A stretch of DNA of 64,000 bases from Sphaerodactylus townsendi. Taxonomy: Eukaryota. Made by a program: the position numbers and the translations under genes. Of this stretch, positions 53,501-61,800 are shown piece after piece (positions within the stretch are counted from its first letter, which is position 1; every line of letters starts with the position of its first letter). The notes under the pieces are model-generated. The model was not told the origin of the DNA and did not search any database. It worked only from the letters and a program-made list of their open reading frames with translations. Location: positions 52,824,001-52,888,000 of the forward strand of contig NC_059427.1 of assembly GCF_021028975.2 (NCBI RefSeq), given 5' to 3'.

Positions 53501-56500
53501 ATTCTTTAAAGTCATAGCAGTTCTAAAAAAAGTTCCAGAAATGTCTGGAACAAGCAAATAAAAGTTGCATTTTGCAGCAATTAACATTTTCAAACCATCT
53601 TCAAGGGCAGTCCCATGTGGAATGAGCTACAATAATCTAATCAATGTTTGTGTTGTACAATGGTATACAAGTCGTTTCCATGTTGGGTTCCTATTCAGTA
53701 GAGGGCCTAGAACTTTGTAAACCCTTAATCAGTGAGAAGTAATATGTACATCAATATCTAAAACAATTTTAGATAGTCACTCAAAACAAACTTTCTACAG
53801 CTCTGCGCGGCTCAGCGTTGTGAAGTATAATAGGATGACATAAAATATTAATTATCTTGCTGGTTTGGTTTGGACTATAATGAAAATATAGCAAACAGTA
53901 AGTATTTGCTCTGAGGTATAAACGTTTGAAAGTTTCCTACATGTTTTTTTCCATTAAAAATCATGAAAAAGAGTCCAAATCATCTTAATCTTTGAGCCTG
54001 ATACTAAAATAACTTCTGAGCATCGTCTGTGCTGTTTGTGAACAAGTGAATATTAATATAAGAAGGTATCTCTTATACTACAAGGGAGAAAAGCAAAAAG
54101 GTCTTCTAATATCATGTGTGAGAACACCTTTTGGAATAGAAGTGTATGTTCAATGAAATGTGTGCAAAATTCCTCTTCAGCTTAGCTTCTGTTAATGGAG
54201 GGATTGTTGGACAAATGTTTGGCTCATTCCATACAACACAAATAAAATGTCTTGCAAACATTTTTAAAAGAATTATTTTGGCTTTTGTTTCCCACACAGC
54301 ATGGGAAAATAAAGTGTTTCAGTCCAAAACAGTTATTTTTTTCCTGTTTGCCGCCCAACTGAAGCATGTCAATTTTGTTCTGTTGTACCAGCCATTTTGT
54401 GCTGCTGGAAAAATTCTCTGTGTGCCCACCATTTGCTGAAGGTTTCTGACGAAGATTTCCTTTGCTTGCAGCTCATTTGCCCACAATTTCACTTTGTAAA
54501 ATATATGAATAAAATTAGTTAAACTGGAGATCCAGCACACATGTCACTTTTTTTTGGAGGGAGGTGTCTTTGAAGCTACGATGGCATGATATGATGATCT
54601 GAAATATGCGATTATGTTGAGTCATCATAGCTTCAAAGACACCTCTTTTTTAAAAAGAAAGGAAAAACAACACATGTGCTGGATTGCCAGTTCAAACTAA
54701 CTTTATTCATGTACTTTACACAGCAAAATCGTGGGCAGATGAGGTATAAGCAGAGGAAATTTCAGTTGGAAACTGTCAGAAAATGGCGGATACACAATAG
54801 AGTCTCTGCATCAGCACAAAATGGCAGATGCAAACTGAAGAAAATATGAAAGTGGAAATTGTTGAGTCAGGCGGAGAAAATAAAATGTTTCTTGCTTTCT
54901 GCACAGCAAGCAGGGAACATCTTGAAAATGTTGGTGGGAAAAAGAATCACTCTTTAGCATTTTCGGAATAAAAAGCTTTGAGGGGAAAAATTTAAAAAGT
55001 CTTTGAAATGTTTGGAGGAAAAAGCTGTGCAGGATTCCAGCAGAAAACATTTTATATATCAGACTCACGTTTTATTTGTGTTGTGTGGAATGGTCTGCTC
55101 ATGATCCTTGTACAACCATGAGAGCTAGCCATTTACTGCAATCACATACGGTACATTATTAAATAAGCAACAGGTGTACAAACACAAATTTAGATAACCT
55201 ATAAGTGGATTTAGTGGTTTGAATACAATGAAATTTTCTTTGCATAACAATATACCACAGATTTTTAACATGAGGTCAATTATACTTGTGGAAGTGGACC
55301 AAAGGATACATGCCATTGTTGGCAGCACAGTCGGAGGAAAGACACGACCTCTGTATGTCTGTCACCTGCTATACAATGGCTCTTAAAATGTCATGCAGCA
55401 AAGCAGTCATGGGTTCTTTTTAACTTGTGTCATCCTCCTATTTTGGTAACAGAAAATAGCTCCTGAGGCCATAAACGGATATGACGCTGGGAACAACAAT
55501 CTTGGCTTTGTTGATATAGACATGGAAACAAAATCACAGGTAATTATCAGTTTGTATGTTAAAAAACAGAAGCTTCAGTCAACATTGCCATGGTATTCAA
55601 TGTGACCATCTACCAGGGTGCAATACCCAAATATTATTAGGGAGGTTATTATAGTTCTACCCCAGCCTGCACCATTTGATTTTTTTGCCTCAGGCATCAA
55701 AACCCTTGGTTGTCTGAGTAGGAATACTTGTCCCATTTTCTGCAATTTTCACAGAGATACTGACACTATCATTGCAAGGACAGCTTGTGTAGTTTTTTAC
55801 CAGACAATTACCGTATATACTCGTGTATAAGTCGACCCGCATATAAGTCGAGGCACCTGATTTTACCACAAAAAACTGGGAAAACTTATTGACTCGCATA
55901 TAAGTTGAGGGTGGGAAATGCAGCATCAATTGAGGCATCAGTAGGTTAAATGTTTTTGAATATTTATTTCAAAGAAAAACAGTAAACTGGCTCTGTAAGT
56001 GGAAAAGAGGGTCAACAAGAACAATATGGTATCAACAATAACTTTAAAAGTACAAAAACCTTAGCTCAACCAGCAACCAAGCTAAAACGCAAGAGTTAAA
56101 ATCCTTCAAAACTGGATTCCTCATCATCATCTGTATGTCCAAATGTAACCCAACTTAGATTTTAAGAGGGATATTATCAGAAATGAAAATCTAGTATTAG
56201 CTTCCATTGTAAACAATTGGGGATGGGGCATCCCCTTTGGGGGTCAATAACTTTGGATCCCCTGACCCAAACTTCACCAAACCTGGCTGGTATCATGAAG
56301 AGACTCTCCTGATGAGACCAGCCAGGTTTGGTAAAGTTTGGTTCAGAGGGTCCAAAGTTATGGACCCTCAAAAGGGTAGCCCCATCGACTAATAGCTCCC
56401 ATTGAAAACAATGGGGAATGGAGGCACCTCCTTTGGGGGTCCATAACTTTGGACCCCCTAAACCAAACTTTACCAAACTTGTCTAGTATCATCAGGAGAG

Positions 56501-57921
56501 TCTTCTGAGGGTACTCTGAAATTTTGGTGTCTCTAGCATAAAAACTGCGCCCCCTGCTGGCCAGCAAATTAAAAACACAAAAAAAATTTTAATGACTCGC
56601 ATATAAGTCGAGGGGAGCTTTTTCAGCATTAAAAATGTGCTGAAAAATTCGACTTATACATGAGTATATACGGTACATTGATTCTGTCAGAAATAAAATG
56701 CAAGTTACTGGGCTAATGACTTCTGACTTAATGCAGAAGTCACCTACAATCTAGGGTGAAATTCTGTCACATTGTAAATTGACAGGAGACATTCAGGTAA
56801 AAGTCATCATTTCCACAAGAAATGCTCCAGCCCTCTATTCATTTTTTGGGTATCATAGGGGCAGAGAGGAATACCCTCTGACAAGTAAACTGCCACTAGC
56901 TGGATAACATTTTTTTCCTTTCTCACAGGAGCCAGGTGATGATCAGAAAGGTGGTAACATAGTAGTGCCTGAACATAATGGAGGTGTGAAGGATTTGAAG
57001 CACCAAATTAACATCCATCCACAACCATGCTGCAAACCTACCTTAGAATCTCTGGGGCTCGAAAAGCCTCCTCTTCACTCTCTCATCCTTGACTTCACTT
57101 CTGTCAATTTTGTAGACACCGTCTGCATAAAGACCTTAAAAAATGTAAGAGGCAACAAGAAGAGAAGAGTAACTCTAACATAAAAATATGAATTTGTAAA
57201 AGGCTAACCTTTATACAGGAAAAGCTTTCAGATGTTCAGAGTTCAATGTTGTAATAGCAATATTGCCAAGATGTTTCCAAGAAGGATCTAAATTACTTTG
57301 CAACTGTGCTCTCAATGGCTGACTTGTCCATTTGAGCCCTCCCATTGGCTTCATCTGTCTGCTAAATCCCACTCTTTAATTTCATCTGTAATGGAAATAA
57401 CTGATGTTTTCATACTTTGTTGAACCGTGATAATCATATGTGAACATGGCATCTTTTCCCAGCTTTTCTTAGGCAGGCATGGAGTCTCAGTGTGATACAA
57501 TGGTTGGGCAAAAGTTAGGCCACATCCCTGCTCATCTATGAAGCTCACAGAATACCTTTGGGCCAGTCACTTTCTCTCATGATAACTTATATCACAGGGT
57601 TGTTGTGAGAATAAAGTGAAAGAAAATCACCTTTGCTACCCTGAGCTCCATGAACAAAGAGCAAGATAAAAATATGATAAGCAGGTATCTGGACTCCATC
57701 TACAAAGGTAACTGCTGGTGTCAAAGAGCAGATGGATCATAGGATCCATTGGAATAATGTGGAATAGTTGTCCCACAACACCCACATTTCCCCCCTGACT
57801 GGATAGGCAAGAAAATTGTTTCAGAAGAGTTTCTTGTCTCAACTGTTTGTTTGTTACCTTTGGCAGATATTTAGAGATTTCCGGGAGATTGAAGTAAACG
57901 TCTATCTTGCTGGTTGCCATG
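35382..57921 (+). CDS. SLC26A6: SLC26A6-like anion exchanger (SulP transmembrane domain + STAS), 18 coding exons, 3'-partial
   Basis: Spliced ORF of 2116 nt with consistent phases. Motifs [112 protein letters not shown]. Whether it is the ortholog or a paralog of mammalian SLC26A6 is unresolved. Confidence 0.92.
35861..36143. mobile_element. TAGGGTTGCC-terminated (hAT-Blackjack-like) element; relatives at 25410-25617 and 52070-52340
   Basis: taggtttgccaac...gttggcaaccctag ends; shared internal ccttccaaagcagc..ttctccagggga. Confidence 0.65.
36850..37040 (+). mobile_element. Squam3-like SINE, partial (older related copies near 25715-25940, 37670-37840, 42300-42460, 57480-57680)
   Basis: ttaagagcagg..ctggagaactgggtttgattcccc..gggtgaccttgggctagtca. 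Confidence 0.7.
37989..38128 (+). CDS. SLC26A6: SLC26A6-like coding exon 2
   Basis: [46 protein letters not shown], 140 nt, AG/GT. Confidence 0.94.
39188..39568 (+). mobile_element. CR1 LINE 3' fragment inserted into an antisense Penelope terminal repeat (39145-39603)
   Basis: [34 protein letters not shown]2 end and TTCTTATGTTCTTA tail; the flanks join into the reverse complement of the 11260-11340 repeat. Confidence 0.85.
40029..40329 (-). mobile_element. tRNA-derived SINE (Squam3-like)
   Basis: Reverse complement of the 29123-29420 family, (GAA)n tail at left. Confidence 0.85.
41128..41238 (+). CDS. SLC26A6: SLC26A6-like coding exon 3
   Basis: [37 protein letters not shown], 111 nt. Confidence 0.95.
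   Translation, partial: VWPMHFLQGCLLSLACIHPFILFYCISSSGRLDTSL
41272..41469. mobile_element. GC-rich hAT MITE 33 bp downstream of an SLC26A6-like exon
   Basis: Perfect 8-bp TSD GCTTGGAG (41264-41271 / 41470-41477). Confidence 0.85.
41829..42004 (+). CDS. SLC26A6: SLC26A6-like coding exon 4
   Basis: [17 protein letters not shown]...[33 protein letters not shown], 176 nt; sequons NVT and NET in the predicted extracellular loop. Confidence 0.95.
43315..43479 (+). CDS. SLC26A6: SLC26A6-like coding exon 5
   Basis: [55 protein letters not shown], 165 nt. Confidence 0.95.
44388..44540 (+). CDS. SLC26A6: SLC26A6-like coding exon 6
   Basis: [51 protein letters not shown], 153 nt. Confidence 0.95.
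45849..45931 (+). CDS. SLC26A6: SLC26A6-like coding exon 7
   Basis: [28 protein letters not shown], 83 nt. Confidence 0.94.
46137..46284 (+). CDS. SLC26A6: SLC26A6-like coding exon 8
   Basis: [49 protein letters not shown], 148 nt. Confidence 0.95.
47224..47337 (+). CDS. SLC26A6: SLC26A6-like coding exon 9
   Basis: [38 protein letters not shown], 114 nt. Confidence 0.95.
47693..48004 (-). mobile_element. Solo LTR (312 bp)
   Basis: TGTAAC...TGACA termini, perfect 5-bp TSD GTCAC (47688-47692 / 48005-48009), tttatt near the left end. Confidence 0.85.
48091..48168 (+). CDS. SLC26A6: SLC26A6-like coding exon 10
   Basis: [26 protein letters not shown], 78 nt. Confidence 0.94.
48479..48574 (+). 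CDS. SLC26A6: SLC26A6-like coding exon 11
   Basis: [32 protein letters not shown], 96 nt. Confidence 0.95.
49265..49371 (+). CDS. SLC26A6: SLC26A6-like coding exon 12
   Basis: [36 protein letters not shown], 107 nt. Confidence 0.95.
49970..50230 (+). mobile_element. 5S rRNA-derived SINE (antisense copies at about 38755-38930 and 47425-47585)
   Basis: gcccatcttgtcagatctgagaagccaagcagggctggtcctgg resembles the 5S internal promoter region; shared tail ggggttgccataagttgg. Confidence 0.7.
50456..50525 (+). CDS. SLC26A6: SLC26A6-like coding exon 13
   Basis: [23 protein letters not shown], 70 nt, AAG acceptor. Confidence 0.93.
52648..52740 (+). CDS. SLC26A6: SLC26A6-like coding exon 14 (STAS start)
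   Basis: [31 protein letters not shown], 93 nt. Confidence 0.95.
53256..53348 (+). CDS. SLC26A6: SLC26A6-like coding exon 15
   Basis: [31 protein letters not shown], 93 nt; basic helix preceding the STAS variable loop. Confidence 0.9.
54221..55095. mobile_element. Large fold-back non-autonomous DNA transposon (Harbinger-like)
   Basis: Ends cattccatacaacacaaataaaatgt / acgttttatttgtgttgtgtggaatg; internal arms gaggtgtctttgaagcta / tagcttcaaagacacctc centred near 54600. Confidence 0.75.
55453..55539 (+). CDS. SLC26A6: SLC26A6-like coding exon 16 (STAS intervening sequence)
   Basis: cag|[29 protein letters not shown]|gtaatt, 87 nt, phase 0/0. Poorly conserved region, so called from splice signals and open frame only. 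Confidence 0.65.
55811..56673. mobile_element. Tc2/pogo-like non-autonomous DNA transposon with internal palindromic repeats
   Basis: TA|CCGTATATACTCGTGTATAAGTCGA...TCGACTTATACATGAGTATATACGG|TA; internal repeats of CGCATATAAGTCGAG. Confidence 0.88.
56547..56563 (-). promoter_or_regulatory. CTCF consensus motif inside transposon
   Basis: Minus strand reads TGGCCAGCAGGGGGCGC. Confidence 0.55.
56929..57144 (+). CDS. SLC26A6: SLC26A6-like coding exon 17
   Basis: EPGDDQKGG...[36 protein letters not shown], 216 nt. Confidence 0.92.
57867..57921 (+). CDS. SLC26A6: SLC26A6-like coding exon 18
   Basis: [18 protein letters not shown]|gtaagt, 55 nt. Confidence 0.94.
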
Positions 57922-58280
57922 GTAAGTAGGCCTGGAAAATCATGTTCAACCAAGCTGCAGTGAACAAGCCATCACCTGAGAATGTTCGTTCTCAATGATA
58001 TCCTGGTGCCTTTGGATTCACAGCTTTGTTCTTCCTGCTGATTTCCTTTTAAATTGGCCCTCATTTTCACCCACAACATTATCTGCTATTTTATCAAGTT
58101 TTAACTGTTGATGACATACATATTCAGGGTTGATGACATGCATAGGACCATATTGGGGGTTGCCAACCTCCAGGTGGACCCTGGAGATCTCCCAGAATTA
58201 TAATTTATCTCCCGAAGCGAGAGATGAATCCCCCCGGATAAAATGGTTGCTATGTGGGGTGGACTCTATGGCATTATACG

Positions 58281-58416
58281 CAGTGGTGGGATTCAAATAA
58301 TTTAACAACTGGTTCCAGTGGTGTGATTCAAATAATTTAACAACTGGTTTTTTACAAGCACCATTTTAACAACCGGTTCTGCTGAAGTGGTGTGAACCTG
58401 CTGAATCCCACCACTG
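58281..58416. mobile_element. hAT MITE nested in a TAGGGTTGCC-type (Blackjack-like) element (about 58155-58490)
   Basis: TIR CAGTGGTGGGATTCA/TGAATCCCACCACTG, TSD ATTATACG/ATTGTACC, tandem duplication of the first 35 bp. Confidence 0.8.
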
Positions 58417-58562
58417 ATTGTACCCTGCTGAGGTCCCTGTCCTCCCCAGGATCAATCCCTAAAATTTTCCAGCCGAGATTTAGCAGCCCTTGTCTACTGG
58501 GGCATAAACAAAGTACAAATTAAGCCTGTAGATGCATGAATACAAATCCTGTTTAAGGATAG

Positions 58563-58847
58563 TGTAAGGAATTCCATAGACGCAGAAATAAAAGGCTTTG
58601 GGAGTAAAAGTCCATTTATTAAGACATCTTAGAAAGCTCAAGTACACGCAGTGGCAGGAATGACGCTTCCCGCCAGAAGCACAGGTTATAATACCATTCA
58701 CCCCATCCCCCCTTCCTGCTTCCCATGGGAACAGAGTCTTCATCTCCCGCGCAAAGATAAAGTCTCCGCCGATGCATCTGGCCCATCGCCCGGGCTGTGG
58801 AATGCACTCAAGGTTACTTCACCCTCAACACCATTGAATCCTTTACA
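58563..58847 (-). repeat. 3' LTR of the Gypsy element (285 bp)
   Basis: Termini TGTAAGGAATTC...GAATCCTTTACA; polypurine tract AGGGAGGCAGAG adjacent on minus; AATAAA on minus at 58615-58620. Confidence 0.85.
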
Positions 58848-61800
58848 CTCTGCCTCCCTAAAGAAGACCCCTTCCCCAGGTTTATGCTTGGAAAGGTGGA
58901 AAGCAGAAGCAAAATTAGAGGGCTTCAATGTTTAGGAATAAACCCATTGATGATTATACCCAGAGGAATATCCCGCAGAAACTACCGTATTACCAAGCGT
59001 TTGCGGTGCGAGAGTCCAGGATAAGCGTCAATTTAGTAGTGCTTGTGGCCATCAATAATAATAGTCGGTGGGGGGGCCTCTCCGGTGAATTAGGTGCCAG
59101 ACATCGGGCGGGAGCCTCCTTGAGCAAGCTGGAATGGAAGACAGGATGGATGTTACTAAAGAGTTGAGCAAATCTAAAGCTGAGCAGTGACATCATTAAT
59201 CACTTTAGTAATCTAGAAAGGTCCCACAAATCTCTTGCCAAGTTTGGAATATTTATGCACGTCTCTGAAGATTTTTGTAGACAAATACACCCAGGAGCCC
59301 CTGCGCGGAAATCGGCGGTGTTTATCCAGCTTACGGTTTTGGGAATCCGCACCTTGTTGTAAGGCAGTCTGGACCGACTTCCATCCCTCGGCTAGGGATG
59401 AAATCATTGTTGGAATTCTGGGGGGTCCAGCAACTCGCGGTGGATTGTAACCTTGTGGGAAGGAGGCGACCAGACACAATTTCAAAGGGGTTTTTCTTTG
59501 TACTACTATGAACCGCATTGTTGTAGGCGTACTCCGCAAGCGGGATAAGCTTCGTACCAATTGTCTTGGTGGTAGTTGGTGTAACAGCGTAAATACTGCT
59601 CTAGGGTTCTGTTAGTTCTCTCGTCACCGCCCGTCACTTTGAGCGTGGTAGAGGCGGCGGCGGCCCGGCGGCTAACAAGCCGCGCTTTCCAGAACTTTGA
59701 GATGAATTGGGGCGGCGGTGAGGAGACCACCTTAGCAGTAGGAATGGAGGCGGTAAACATGTTGAATAAATAGCCGTGCCAACTTAGGGCCGGAGGGATG
59801 GAAGCACATGGAATAAAATGGGCTTGCTTAGAGAATAAGTCTACCACCACCCATAAAACCGTGTTGCCATGACTTTCGGGCAAATCTGTAATGAAAATCC
59901 ATGGAGATGACTTCCCAAGGAAGCTACGGGAGAGGTTTCAATAGTCCATAGGGCTTTCCGGGATGGTTTGAAAGCTTCTGCACAAACCGAGCAGCCTTTA
60001 ATGTAATGCCTCAATGTCTTTGCGTGCCACAGAACTGCGGTAGACTGGGTGCAGAGTTTTCAAAAAGCCAAAATGTCCAGCCCGAACGGGCATCGTGGCA
60101 AGCTTCAAGAACCTGCTTACTTGGAGGGGAGACGCGTACCAACATTCCCCTCCGCCAAACTCCATTCTCCAAAGCGCGGTGGGAGTCTCCTTGGCCGCTG
60201 GAGGCTCGTGCAGCCCGCCTCCTCCAATTCCGCGGGAAAAGGAGGCAGAGACTGGGAGCGGTGGAGGAGAAGTGGGCGTTTGAGATGAGGTGACAGCCAA
60301 CCCCAACTGGGAGAGGGAAAGAACAGTCGTGGAATGTCACCAAGTGGGCAGCCCACCCTCCCGGTGAAGCGTGGTGGCCGTCAGCCAGTTGTTGGTTTTC
60401 CCAGGGAAAAAATGGACTGTAAAGCAGCGAAAAAATGCGGCCTTGAGAAGTTGTTTTGCGGACATTTTGGGGGGGGGGTGGAAAGAGCTGCAGGTTTTAT
60501 GATCCGACCAAACTTGAAAGGGATGCTTAGCCCCTCCAGCCAGTGAAAGCAAGTGGAGAGTGCTACTTTGATGGCCGCGGTCTCTTTGTCTCCCACAGTC
60601 CAGTTGAGCTCGGCACCAGAATTTTTTGAACAAATAGGCTTACCGCGGAACCAGTCTACCATCTTTATTTTTCTGCAACAGGGCTGCCCAAGTGCTTTGT
60701 CCGCGTCCGCGTGAACCACAAGCCCGGGAGATCGAGGTCAGGGTGCTTTAGAATAGGTTAGGTGGTAGCGCAGATTTTAATAGTTGAAAGGCTGTTTGAC
60801 ATTTCTCAGACCAGACAAAGGGGCCCGGGCTTGGCGGACAGTGGATCTTTACCCGCTTAGTGCGTAAGAGGTCTGTGAGAGGGAGAGTCAGTTCAGCAAA
60901 TTGGGGTATAAAATCACGATAGAAATTAGCAAAACCAAGAAGCTGACTGGAGTTCTTCGCGGTTGGTGGGGCAGGCCATTGGAGGACCTCGTCAATTTTA
61001 GCAGGATCCATTTTAAGCCCTCGGTGAGATCCGGTAACCCAAATAGTCAATGAGGTCTGATGAAAACAGCATTTGGAGAGTTTGGCAAAGAGAGTTGTCA
61101 AGCAAGCGTTTCATACCTCTCGAACCAATATTTCATGCTCTTCTATCGCTTGAGTAAATTAAAAGCGTCATCTAAGTATACAACAACTCCCTTGTACAGT
61201 AAATCATGAAGAACTTCGTTGATAAGAGACCATGAAACTCGGGGGGCCCACCCGAAGGGGCATTATTAAATATTCAAACTGTCCAAACTTTGTGTTAAAA
61301 GCAGTCAGGTGTTCATATCCTTCCAGCAATTCTGACTCTGTAGTAAGCTTCTCTCAAGTCCAATTTAGTAAGAATGCGTCGCTTTGCCGAGTGCATCTAA
61401 GAGGTCCTTGATCAAAGGCAAAGGATATTTATTGGACAGGGAGACGCGTGAGACCTCGATAATCTGTGCAAAGCCGTAAAGACCCATCTTTCTTTTGACA
61501 AACAAAAGCGGGGAGCAGCGTCGCGTGTGTTTGGTAGCCGCCATTATGAAGGCTTGAGCAAGGTTCTTGTCTAAAGAGCCGCGAAGTTCCTTCTCCTCAT
61601 TGGGACTCATGCGGTAGATTCTACCCGCTTGGGTAGTTTAAGCCCCTGGTTGTATGACAATTTACAGTCAGTGTCTGTGGGGTGGCAACTGATCGCATTC
61701 CTGCTCCTGAAAAAACTCTGGCTAGAATCTGATATGCAGGTGGGATGTCAATAGAATGGGGAGCAATCACTGAAGGAAGCCAGAGAGGGGTGTGTCAGGA

